A stretch of DNA of 64,000 bases, from positions 807,005 through 871,004 of the forward strand of contig NMRA01000140.1 of assembly GCA_002633005.1 (NCBI GenBank), given 5' to 3'. Below are positions 13,301 to 24,552 of the stretch, one piece after another. The translations under genes were made by a program, and so were the position numbers. The stretch's first letter is position 1. Each line of letters begins with the position of its first letter. The notes beneath the pieces were generated by a model. That model searched no databases. It saw only the letters and a list, made by a program, of their open reading frames with translations, and was not told where the DNA came from. The DNA comes from Phoronis australis. Its lineage: Eukaryota; Animalia; Phoronida.

Positions 13301-16300
13301 TGGGCAAACATGGAACAGCGATTAAAGAGAGAATTTGACAACACAGTGTTGAATACTGAAATACTTAAAAAGTAAAAGTATCTTCTCGTTTTAGCTCTAA
13401 TTTCCAACATTGTGAAGAAATCGGTGTGTTGAGTGGAAAATTCTTGATAATTTGGTTTGGATCTTATATCTTGAGATTTTCAGCGGTGAAAGAGCACAGT
13501 TCTAAGAACATGCAGGGGATTGGTGTTTCAGAAAGATTCAGGAAGTTGACATTAGCTTTCAATATCAAAGGTGCTTTTTATTCGCTCTTACAATCTTAAT
13601 CGAAATCACAAAATTAATTCTCACTATGGGTCCCAGTCGCTTGCCAGGGTGGCAATTTGTTTTCACCTTTAAGGTTATGTAGAAGCCTAGAAAAATGTCA
13701 AAACTTCGACACATCATGTCTCAGAAATGGCTGACAATATTCAGATGAAAGTTTTGACACTTTAAGACACTGTACTTCACGCATGGTTCTCCAATACGTC
13801 ATGTGATCCATCCAGGATAGTTTATAATCAGAAACATTAAACCTGTTCAGCTGCTAAAATCCTTAAGCTCTCAGGAGTCTCCCGCTGCATTCTCGAATGG
13901 TTGGACTTGCAGGACAGGTGGAGCGTCCCGCCGTGTTCTCGCGAGATACGATCCATGGTTGCGTTCCAAGCGGTGGATTGTGCAAACCTGCCACCTGCGG
14001 ACACGCTGCTCTGGTACCGGGACTAGTGTTTATCGTTATTCAAACAATGCGGAACAGAATCGTGTTGGTGCCGTGTTGGTACTTCCCAAGACCCCTGATG
14101 CGAACTTCCATTTACGGTATATAAATTGATCACCGCGCCTCTCGTGAGCGAAATCGCAGGTCATTGTCAGGAACTTCCTCCTGCATTTATTTATAAACGG
14201 AATACATTTTCTACACTTTGTTGGAAATTAGGCCCCAAAAAGATGATATTTGTGCATATTATGCATTATAGATACTCTTTCAAATCAGTGTTTCTCATCT
14301 GTTAACAGGTCTTAAATGCGTTAAAGAAGATGGCATGAGGAAGGGCAGATGTCAAGATCCGGTAAGGAACTAGTTCTGTGAATAAGAATATTGTTTGTGT
14401 GCCTTACCCTAGGTTCTGCATTCGGTCTTGATTTACTCTACTTTTCTGTGAAAACATTTGTGTTGCCTCCGCTTACCTCACCAGCAGCAGATTCGGTAAA
14501 TGCGCATCGTAACACGGCGTATGTTGCACACATGCCCCTGACAGAAATCACTCTTCTTGTAATGACAAAGATTCGTTTAAGAAATACCTCAAATTCTAAC
14601 GTTTCTCTTTCGTGATTATACCGTTAGTAGTCCGCGTACGCTTATGCAATTCTATATACGTCGGAAACCCAATGTGCCAACCTCCAAACTTAATATTTTA
14701 AGACAAATCGCTGTGGTATTTTCAAGAATATCTATACAAATTGACGTCTTTCTAAATTTTAGTATGCGCCGATCTTGATTTTGTTCACGAGTAAGCGCCC
14801 TGGTCTAATCATGGAGTGCGTCAACTCGAGCCCATAGAGAAAGTCCCACAAAATGACAGTTGCTCGGGAGAAAAATGCGGGAATTCAAGAAACAAACTGA
14901 GTTAATACGAACTCAGTTGCGGATGATGAGAAAAGGATTACAATGAACTCGTAAGAAAAGCATTGCGTTAATGGAAATTGTCGGTGTTAGCGAGAACGCA
15001 ACCCTGATAATTCACCTTCCGCTGCAACTGTGCAGTCACTTCAAAATGGCGGCCATTTCGACAGAGTGCGCTTGTGAGGTCGTGAGCTCACTCGCTAAAG
15101 ACTATCGAGATCTCCCCTTACACTGCGTGATCACTGCATTACTCCCAAATTTTCATTACAGAGTGTTCAAAGCGACGACCCGGCCATTGGTGAAGAAGGC
15201 GGCCCGCGGCGGAGCGGTGGCCGCAGAGGTAGGGGTCGAGGTAGGCGGCCAGGTGGCGCTAGACGCGGCGGAAGACGTGGCGGAAAACGTGGTAGAGGAC
15301 GCGGCCGCTGGCGCGGTGGAAGGACTAATTTCACCACTTGCTCTGATGAAAGCCCTTGTCCAGAAGGTAGGCATGCTTTGAAATGGGTAGATGTGTGTCT
15401 GAATAAATGAAGAAACGCAACCGTTTTTTGTATGACGTTTTGTAAGGATACAGGTTTTTTGTATGACGTTTTGTAAGGATACAGGGGTGACGAACTTGAG
15501 GCCACCTTATCTTAAGATCTCCTAAAATCTCATTCACAATACACACAAATCCGCCAACTTGAAGCCATCTTGGCGTCACCTTACTGTAAAGTTTCCTTAA
15601 CTTGCATTATAAAGTCGTCGTAACTTTAGGTGGCCTCCAGCTCACCTTAGCATCACCTTGTCTCTAGTGTACGATTACATATAAAGAATATGCACTTCTA
15701 GTTGAATTTCTCATTCTTAGCATCAATATTAACCATATTGTTGTCGAGTTTGCTGTTGTGGTTATTGTTTTCATTATCGTTATCATTAGTATTGTTATTG
15801 TTATTGTTATTTTTATTATTTTATTACCATGTATGCGCGTTTTAAGGCTCATGCGCCTGCATCCGAATTAATGCATTTTGGCCTAGAATTCTTTGAGTCA
15901 AATGCGTTACGGTATCACTGTTACCGTCAAACCTGGCGATTGAGCGCATGTCCTAATTGTGAAGTTGTGCCTAATATTGCGGAGCTTAGGCACGTGTGCA
16001 GCTCGGAGAAACAGTGCTTCGCTGATGATGGATCACATGCGGGGATAATTTGGGTTCTCTTGGCGACTTCATGAATAGGCATTGAGTTTTATTGCGTAAC
16101 ATTAGCCTTGCGGCGTTTGAATTTCATTCCGACTTACATTTTTTTCGGGTCGTGTAGTTGTGGTGCCTCAAACGAATATTTGGTGTATATTGTTGGGAGC
16201 TTGTATTCATATGTTTTTGTTTCCAATAGCTTTCTATGGCTCTGTATGATATCCCGCATGTGAATGTACAACGTCACAATTATGTCCGTCGTAATTCCAG

Positions 16301-17480
16301 TGTTTTTCTACGGGGTCAACTGTGAACAGTACATTAAGACATTGAATTAAGTAAGAATCGAATACAGAATTCTTATACAAATATTCTTTTGTAAAAGTTC
16401 AAACTTTAAACTTTTTAGTTAGAGCGTTAGGAATGGTTATAGCATCGGAAACGAGGACTTTTATTTTACTAATTATAACACACCGGGTAGAGTTCAGTAA
16501 CGCTAGGACATACGTTAGGACCTCGCTAAAGTCTAACCAAAATCACGTGTTCTCGTTTAAAATACAAGGCAATATCTCACGTAATCTCGCTAAATGTTGT
16601 TAACTGACGAGGTCCTACCGTTACTGAACTCGACTCTGTTACATTACTACGTGCATTAGAGGCCTGGACCAGCGGTGTACATGTAATCTCTGTACTGGAA
16701 ACCCGACTCCAAATCGGACCGCTTGCACATCACCCTTACAGATTTATACCCAACTGATGCGACGACGAGTCTGAGTTCGGAGATTTGACCTTGGACCCTG
16801 ATCCTCGGAAAATTGTTGACGCTTTTATTAAACTGACTAAATTATCCGTTGAAGAATTTTTTTCGGTGTTTTATGTTCTCTCGCAATTATTAAAGTTTCC
16901 CAGGAGCATGATATTTCATTTTGTTTATACAGGATTCTGTTGCGTTAAAATGCCGTCCAGAAATCGTCGCGCAGGTGACCGCTTGTGTCTACCAACAAAG
17001 TTTGAGATACCGAACAAGAAATGTTTAGACAGCTGCCAATGTGACACCGCTAACGGTGAGTTCAAAAGATTTTAACATGTATTTATTATGTTGATTCAAT
17101 TTAATGTATTTTGTTTGTCAATTAAAGAATTTAAACTACTTCAGAATTTAACTCATCACTGCTATAACTTCATTTATCCGTGTAAATTTCCAAATATTCC
17201 TATGTTTAACATTCCTGAACTGAAAATTTCTTTCAATTGAAAGACAGCATTCAACATAATAGTTTGTTAGCTACCATGCTTATAACTAACATTGAAAGAA
17301 AGTCTAGCAAACGCATATTTTCATTGCACAGGCTATTTTTGCTTCTCCAAAAACGCTGCAAATCCGCGTCGTGGCAACAAGGGAAGGTGTTTGACTGAAA
17401 AAATGGCATCTGGCTTAGACGCTCCTAACGGCAAGTGGTTGGGACAAGGACCTGCGACTGTCGCTGACAAGATGAAGTAA
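10342..17480 (+). CDS. Secreted protein with two tandem 10-Cys colipase/prokineticin-like (Dickkopf CRD2-type) domains and an Arg/Gly-rich linker, 6 exons, 258 aa
   Basis: Exons 10342-10462, 12996-13121, 14309-14361, 15162-15366, 16933-17055, 17332-17480 (777 nt), all GT..AG, phases 1,1,0,1,1. Translation: MRWELLFALVVALVVCADA-RRHKKVRCKADDNCVGSDGAPGCCILKTWTNKKGVTKSKGKCSRRPFSLSEFKKCKADCECREGLKCVKEDGMRKGRCQDP-SVQSDDPAIGEEGGPRRSGGRRGRGRGRRPGGARRGGRRGGKRGRGRGRWRGGRTNFTT-CSDESPCPEGFCCVKMPSRNRRAGDRLCLPTKFEIPNKKCLDSCQCDTANGYFCFSKNAANPRRGNKGRCLTEKMASGLDAPNGKWLGQGPATVADKMK*. AATAAA at 17661-17666. Confidence 0.88.
12405..12652. mobile_element. MITE (hAT-like CAG...CTG ends) in intron 1
   Basis: Imperfect TIRs cagtagagtgcaga / tctgcacgatactg. 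Confidence 0.5.
15424..15485. repeat. Exact 31-bp tandem duplication
   Basis: ttttttgtatgacgttttgtaaggatacagg x2. Confidence 0.9.
16490..16631. mobile_element. MITE, copy 1
   Basis: TIRs gagttcagtaacgctaggac / gtcctaccgttactgaactc; homologous copy at 29385-29512. Confidence 0.75.
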
Positions 17481-17986
17481 ACATAGTGGGACGCCATTGA
17501 CAGGCAACAGCCGACATTAAAATTAATATGACCAGCGAATGACGGTTTTCTTGGGCATCGCTGGTTCGTTGGTTGGATGTGCTGTTCATATTTTATTGCT
17601 ATTGTAAATTGGCGTTCTCCCCGACGTTGTCAGAAAAAATGTACGTCTTCCTCATATTTTAATAAAACACTTTATAGTCAATTAAATATTTCTCTTTTCT
17701 CCAACCAGTTCATTTGGCTAACTCAGTTATGTGGTAGCCTTTGTTAACGTATGTGTACAGTCGTGGCGTCGGACACAAATGAAAAAAAAAACATGACAAG
17801 TAACATATGAATGCGATAATACAGGGCTTCACGTTCATTTTAAATGATGAGTGCCCGCATTATTTCTGACCAATTGTCTAAGCTGTTCATCAGGAAACGG
17901 CGTACTGGCATTCAGAGGCCTTCGCTATTCACCGCGATCGCACTGTCTTCTGCATTCACCGTCTGTCAGAATAAAAGACTGCTTGG

Positions 17987-18622
17987 ATGAATTTTGATTA
18001 CACGTGCCGGCCAGAACTTCAACTGCCGAGTGCAGTTTCAGGACGCCAATTTTCAACTGAATGGTACGAAATGTGTAGTTCATCGTCGCCATCACCTCAT
18101 ACGGGTGGAGAAAACATAAGCATTCCGGAACTACACGAGTACAACGCGTCGTGTCACGGTTGGCGGCACATAGGAACAGCCGCAAAGCAGGTAGACTTTC
18201 GAAATTTCTCTGACAGGTGCAGAAAAGTAGAAACTGATGCTTTAACGAAGGAAGTGGAAAAAGCGACGGGAAGGCGCCAACGAATACACATACCACACAG
18301 TCAGCGACCTAAGGAGTTTGTGGTGAAACGAAACGCCAGAGAGCGAAACAGAGTTGGTATAATCAATGGATACTTCCGGGAACTGCAGCAGCTCGTGCCG
18401 ACAATGCGAACTCATCAAGAAGACAACGTGTTGCGACTGTCGAAAGCCAGTATCATCCGGGGCACAATCGATTACATTCAGTTTATCCATAGGTGCATCG
18501 GTATTCCGAATTATTTCGAAGAAACAGATGGTGGTCAGTTCGTCCCTTGTCAGTTAGATCCAACGCAGGGAGTTGGTGAGAGCTTCAACGAAAATCAAAC
18601 TTTCCAACAAACAGACCGACAG
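17987..18622 (+). CDS. Achaete-scute-like bHLH transcription factor, paralogue A (main coding exon)
   Basis: RRQRIHIPHSQRPKEFVVKRNARERNRVGIINGYFRELQQLVPTMRT...RLSKASIIRGTIDYIQ is a group-A bHLH with the ASC-type RNARER.RV basic region. A phase-0 donor CAG|GTAAAT lies at 18623. The ORF continuation from ~18700 runs into a dispersed repeat, so it is probably intronic. Confidence 0.85.
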
Positions 18623-18699
18623 GTAAATGACATTTTCTCTAGTTCCTCAACAATATTCTTAATAAAGTGCATTCGCAGAGCATCGGCTAAGGGTCGGGG

Positions 18700-18930
18700 T
18701 TTAATGTTCAAACTCGAAATCAAACTCGGAATTATTTTGCGCATTGTTTGTTTTGCTTTTGTGGGAACTCGTGACACGTATCTTTCATTCTGTGCTCGGT
18801 TAATTCATGGTTTACGTAAATAAGTGTCTTGATGACCACTAGATTCGAGATGCAAACTTGACTAAGGCCTCGAGATTTCGAGTAAAAACTCAATATTTCG
18901 AGTTCAGACTCGAGATTACTATTTTGATGC
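18700..18930. repeat. Dispersed repeat (ctcga-rich); inverted homologue at ~51400-51680
   Basis: aactcgaaatcaaactcggaatt...gagttcagactcgagattact matches the reverse complement of aagtaatcgag...cgagtctgaactcg...aattccgagttcaatttcgagt. Confidence 0.55.
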
Positions 18931-20249
18931 ACGGATCAAATAGTGCAAACTTAGATTAGACAGACATTAACGAAAAGCATAATGTACTCGAGCAGACGAT
19001 ACACTTATCCTGAGTTTGCATAAAAGCGAAACGAAAATGTAAATTATAATTTCTTGTTCGATTTCTAGTACAAAATATTAGAACTAAGGCACAGGGCTGC
19101 GTGCCGTGGACCCAATACATTAGCCAAGCACTTGTTTAAGTCAATATCCCATTCACACCGGCCAATCACTTCAGTAGCCGCCATTTACCTAGGTTACGCT
19201 TGCAAGATCTCGCGCGTACTCGCGAAACACTTTCACTCGCGTGATTTTGCGTCGATATGCGTGATTTGGCTGTTCTCGCAAGAAACTGTCTGCGGAAACC
19301 CACCCAGGAGCAGGTTCCGTGCATGCAAGAGACTCTCTGGTGCAATGAGAAATCTACCTTTGCGGAACGAAAACATACTCCCATAATTCAACATCCCAGC
19401 GTCGCCGACCAAGCATTTCAACTCTATGTTTTTCACAACTTCGTTAAGTTTTCCTCAGGTTTAAGATTTTTACCTAAGCGAGAACGCACGTATTGTCAAA
19501 CGCACGCGCGTTTAAGCGTTCAAAAGGTTACGTCAAATCTGTGAACAGACGTTACAAACAAGTTTGCGTTACAGTTGCACACCGGAAGATCGGAAACTGC
19601 ACAGAGAGTATCAGCGAGTGTACATCAAGCTGTCCAGTACAACGTACAGTCGCGTTTTCAACCAAGTTTATGTTAATAAATGGCTTTTATCGAACTATAC
19701 GGGTGTTCGAAGTGCGCAAATGTGACGATTTCAATGTTTTTATACAATGTACGGGTGATGCGGTGGAGGCGATTGCGAAGATGTCGTTTACTGTACGAAC
19801 AGCCTCAAAGATTGCCGGAATAGCATGCATATTTCATTATATTCCAAAATATGGTTTGCCTGCAAAATGTGTTGCACAAGCTGATATTAACGTATGCAAT
19901 AATGTACTCGAAAACGTCAAACGGGAATGAACGAACTTTGTATCGAAAGAGCTTGATAAAGCTACACGTAGTATTCAACTAGTTCACTTCTGTTGTAATA
20001 ATTCCAAATGTCACGAGTTTTGTTGAAGGCTTGATACTGAGTCGCTCGTTACACTAATTCTTTTGTTGATAACCACGTTAGGTCTTTCATATCTAGGAAT
20101 GACTCTCATGATGACACTGAACCTAGTACTAGTACCACTAAGAACGTGTATTATAAGAACTGTATGTCTAATAATTATCTGAGTGACGAACATGTACTTA
20201 AGACGGTCGTAAGGGATAACGTTCAGGTGGTCAAACCTGCGGTGATAGA

Positions 20250-20860
20250 TTGAATGTAGTTATTTGTTATCAGAAAATAAAGTTACGTCACCTTGTGATG
20301 AAAAACAACCCCAGTCGTGAAAGACTGCGACCAGTGGCCAAATGTAAAGTTGTTTACCAATTCACGTGCCATTTGGACGAATGTCTTCGTCCTCATTCTC
20401 GTGAACAGCGTTACATTGGACACACGGTGTGTTCTCTCTCGTGACGGTTGCCCATGTACTTGCAGGGGGTCCATTCAAGATCATTTTGTACACCAACATG
20501 GCTAAGAAATAACTATAGGCAAGAAATAGTAGACAATACCATCATTCTCCATGTTAAAAATGACACATTTCGGCTAAAGATTTTGGAATCGTTATTGATC
20601 AGTCACTAAAAAACCTGTTTTGAATGAGTAGCTCACAGGTGTGTACCGCACGCTGGCTCTGTTTTGATAGGGTTGTGGGCTTCCTGCAGTGGGTTGCATT
20701 CACACTCTCTGCTTGTATGCCCCTCTTCCCATTGTCACGTGTATTTCACTGTTTATTTCGCTACCTATATGTTCATTCTACTTATTGATGAGACATGCAG
20801 TCTCGAAATATAGCTAGTGTTTTAATTTGTTTGTTTGTTATGTCTTTCGGTGTTTTGCTA
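20250..20860 (+). mobile_element. Decayed Penelope-like retroelement 3' end (GIY-YIG endonuclease remnant)
   Basis: Broken frames read KVVYQFTC...RYIGHT..LS.RL...GSIQDHF..HG...IVDNTIILH...RLKILESLLI...PVLNE, the GIY-YIG layout of Penelope-like elements. It contains stops and frameshifts. Confidence 0.75.
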
Positions 20861-20862
20861 TA

Positions 20863-22541
20863 CATATTTATTCAATAACTAGGCCTCCGGCCCTTGTTAC
20901 AATCAAATCATCAAATACAATAAAGGTAAGTGTCAAACACTAGAAGTAAACCGAATTCTTCTTCGCTTGAATGCGAAATGAACATATTTACATGTTGACC
21001 ATATAAGATCTTTTTCCTCCATAGTCATGAGTCTGTGGAATTTTGTAACATTGGGATTGTTGTAGCTCCATGCAGGCAAATATCGTTTCCTAAGGTCATC
21101 GTAGAATGGGCATTCGATAACAAAATGATATTCCGACTCGACATATGTCCTAACACAGAGAGGGCATAACCTTTCTGTTCTGCTAAGTTTCAAGTGTCTA
21201 CCCTTTTCAATCATTAGTGCATGCGCTGAACATCTCAATCTCACCATATCAGATCTAACATTTACATTGTCAATTACATCTAAATAGTTTTCAAAACATA
21301 TATTTAACTTAAAAGTTCTGTAAGTTTCCAGCTTAATCGAATTGTTCAAAATATCTTGCCATTTTTGCTGATCAATATCTTTGCATCTTTGTTTAAAAAG
21401 TGATATGAAGCTTGTCTCGGACCCTACACCCTGATTATACCATGCTTCTCCAAAACCAAACTGAAATAACAATTTCTTAACATCATTAACCCAGCACGGT
21501 TTATTAACATTTTCCGTCATATTGTACTGCCATTCATAGCAATGATATGTAATTTTTGACTCATCGGTTTTTAATAGTTTTAACCAATATTTCATAATTC
21601 TAGGAAGTCGGTAAGCAATCAAGGAGTAACGACCCATCTCACCTCTAGCAGTCGATGAAATTGCCGTGCTAGGCAAATTTAAAATTTCTTTACAAAATTT
21701 TGTGTGGACTATTTCAATACATTCGCAATCATTAAAACCCCAGATCTCACAGCCATAATGAAGTATCGGCAATATTTTACAATCGAATAATTTTAAACTA
21801 ACTTTAACAGGGAGTGCATTAAAACCATTGACATTTTTTCTCATCAAATTCACTGCCTTAGTAGCCTGTAATGATAGAGTTTTCTGTGCGCAAGACCACG
21901 AACCTTTCGTAGTAAACATTAATCCTAGATATTTGTATGCATTTACAATATTAACAGTATTCCCATCATACGTCCATTTTTCATACGATCGTAACATTCC
22001 ACCTTTTCTGAAAACAATTATCTTAGTCTTCGACATGTTAACAATCAATTTCCATTTCTGGCTATACTCATATAAAATGTTCAATTTTTTCTGCAGTCCT
22101 TTCACACTATAAGAAAATAAAACCAAATCATCAGCAAACAGCAGATGCAATAATTCAGCTGATCCCATGGAAATTGTTTCACCTCCCCCGGATTCTAATT
22201 CTTGTTCGAGATCGTTTATAAATAAAATAAACAAAAACGGTGATAGCTGAGAGCCTTGTTTTAGACCATTATGACAATCAAAGAACTCCGTGTAGCTTCC
22301 GTTACTCATTTTCACGCACGCTTTTACTTCAGCGTACATTGCTTTTATTATCTTATACATCTTACCTTCTATGCGATTGTTTCTTAATTTAAAATACAAT
22401 GCGCTTCTATATATACTGCCATAAGCTGCCTTAAAATCCACGAAAGCACAATAGAATCTACCTTTATCTCGTGTCAAATATTTAATTATTAACGTATATA
22501 AAGCAAACATGTGATCCACCGTACTGTGTCCTTTCCTAAAC
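20863..22541 (-). mobile_element. 5'-truncated non-LTR retrotransposon (LINE, probably RTEX-like) with open RT ORF 22558-20933
   Basis: RT motifs FRKGHSTVDH, FVDFKAAY, GLKQGSQLSPFLF, LLFADD, YKYLG, plus a C-terminal CPLC..ESEYHFVIEC zinc knuckle. The short 3' UTR has AATAAA. Candidate TSD gctata at 20857-20862 and 22542-22547. Confidence 0.92.
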
Positions 22542-23769
22542 GCTATATAGTTGCACACATGAAGAAAGGAGACCGTTTCGACACTACGAGTGACTCAGTA
22601 TTAAGCTTTCAAACAAAAAGTTTAGTCGTGTTTTCAACAGAGCTTGTGTTCACAAAGGGCTGCTACAGAACTATAATGATTTCAAAATGCCATAAGGTAT
22701 ATAAATATGTGCAGTGCTTATCATCGCAAACGCTATCACCACCATCATCGGCACCACGATCACACGAGGAGTTGTTAGTGCCCTCATGAGCAATGACCAA
22801 TTAATTGATTAGCTTAGGTTTGTGAGCAGTTTTTGTATAATTGCACGCTCTAATTAATTTGCAATAATCATGCATTTATCACCGTTGAAATGTGGGTCTA
22901 AAATAAGATAAGCTCCGGCTGTACAAGAAGATTAAACAAAACAATATTCTGGGAATATGACATGCGGCGAAAATCGATTTTTATTGTGCAATTTCTTTGT
23001 GTGCTGATGAACATTGTCTTCGAAACTGACAAAATTTGTCATTTTACTCGTTGTTTTCAAAAAAGTGGACTTTTCTGCCGCTGTGCCTTCAACTGAGATA
23101 GGTGGCGGATATGAGTGTGCCAGTTGAATTTGTTGCTACAATTTGGATATTCTATCAAACTTGTACCTCCACAGCACGACGACGCATCATATGTTACTTC
23201 GAATGTATATTCAAAAATTTGGAAGTGACAGATTTCGCTGTCTGTTGGACAAATTTTGTTAGTTCACGAAACACCCAACAGGATTGACGAAACACTAATG
23301 AATTGACAAACTTGATTAGCCGACATTGCATCAACGGAACGCAGTTGAAGTGACAGAGCGGAATCAACTGAACTGGTTTGAATATGAGAAATGTCATAGG
23401 CGAAACAGACTCGACTTCATACAACACGACTGAATTTACAAAGTAGTATTGTGTTTGCGATAAAGGATAAAAGGTAGCAATTTTTGCCCATTTGCCCCCC
23501 CNCCGCCCGGCATAAAACGTCCTGGCACGCGATTGTTCAACTTGGCTTTGGTGACAGATTGAACACAAACATTTTGGAAATCTGTTGAAATAAGCAAAAA
23601 CTTGGAACAAGCAAGCCACGAAGACGAACTCAGATAAAAGCGACTGAAGTCAAACCATCACGCGGCAGCGTTATTCGGCTAGAGTACGCTAATTTTTCAT
23701 TGAACCTACCATTCTTTGCAGTCAATCCATGGACCTCTATCCCTGGAATGGCAACTACCGCACGTGACT

Positions 23770-24060
23770 ACTGCATTCTATTATTAGAGTTTGTGACCCC
23801 GAGACTAGCCGCGAGAGTTTGCACTGTGAATTTCCGGCACACTGCTCAACTGAGTTTTGATCGAGTGTTGTAGTTATCAAATCAAGCTTACTTTCATTGT
23901 TCCATTTCCATTTTGACATTTTTGTTCATCAAGCGAGACTCTTGAGCTACGGTTCTAGACAACCAGCGATTTCTCGGCAAAATCAGTGAACAAACCAGAC
24001 AATTACATTGGCCATTCTCTATAGGCAACGACCCGTAGCCCTGGCTGGATACCGGGAACA
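23770..24060 (+). repeat. Dispersed repeat; inverted homologue at ~29060-29345
   Basis: agtttgcactgtgaattt...tttttgttcatcaagcgagactct...gatttctcggcaaa matches the reverse complement of tttgccgagaaatc...agagtctcgcttgatgaacaaaaa...aaattcacagtgcaaact. Confidence 0.75.
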
Positions 24061-24318
24061 GACATCTTTTCATCTCTTAGTCTTAGAACCACTTGAGACA
24101 TCATTTTTGAGTTTTTCAACAAGACATTTTTGAATACTAAATCATGTAACAGTATTTTACGGAAAGAAGTGACTCATGGTTTCTTACTGTTTGATCTGCA
24201 ATTATAAACGAAACGTTTAGGCCCTACTAGCAGTTGTGTTGACGTAACTACTCGTATTTGCGTAGCTAAGTGTGTGTGTTCGTGTTTGTATAACTTATTA
24301 CTGTTTTCAATTGTTTCT

Positions 24319-24552
24319 ATAATAACTCTTATTATTCCAGTAATAAAATTTTATTACTGGAATAAATCAACCAATCAGATGCCAGGAATAATTACTATAA
24401 TAAATATTTATTACTGTAATTAATATTTATTCCAGTAATAAACATTTATTAAAGTAAATAGCCCTGGCTTCTGGTTGGCTAAAATTATTACTGGAATAAA
24501 TCGCGAATTATTTCAGTAATAAATTGGACTTATGTCGCACTTGGCCTCCGAT
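24319..24552. repeat. AT-rich fold-back element built from ttattccagtaataa / ttattactggaataa units
   Basis: Perfect 34-bp palindrome at 24332-24365, plus several further copies of the unit in both orientations. Confidence 0.7.

Noticed and set aside
14971-15381. 136-aa Ala/Val/Glu-rich ORF and the antisense Pro/Arg- and Ser/Ala-rich ORFs
   Set aside because: These are shadow frames of GC-rich exon 4. Only the Arg/Gly frame is phase-compatible with the flanking exons and supplies Cys1-2 of domain 2.
18623-18823. C-terminal 66 aa of the 278-aa bHLH ORF
   Set aside because: It follows a good donor site and runs into a dispersed repeat with an inverted copy near 51400-51680; likely intron read-through.
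23495-23505. N base in a C-run (also at ~52424)
   Set aside because: Assembly ambiguity in homopolymers, not biology.
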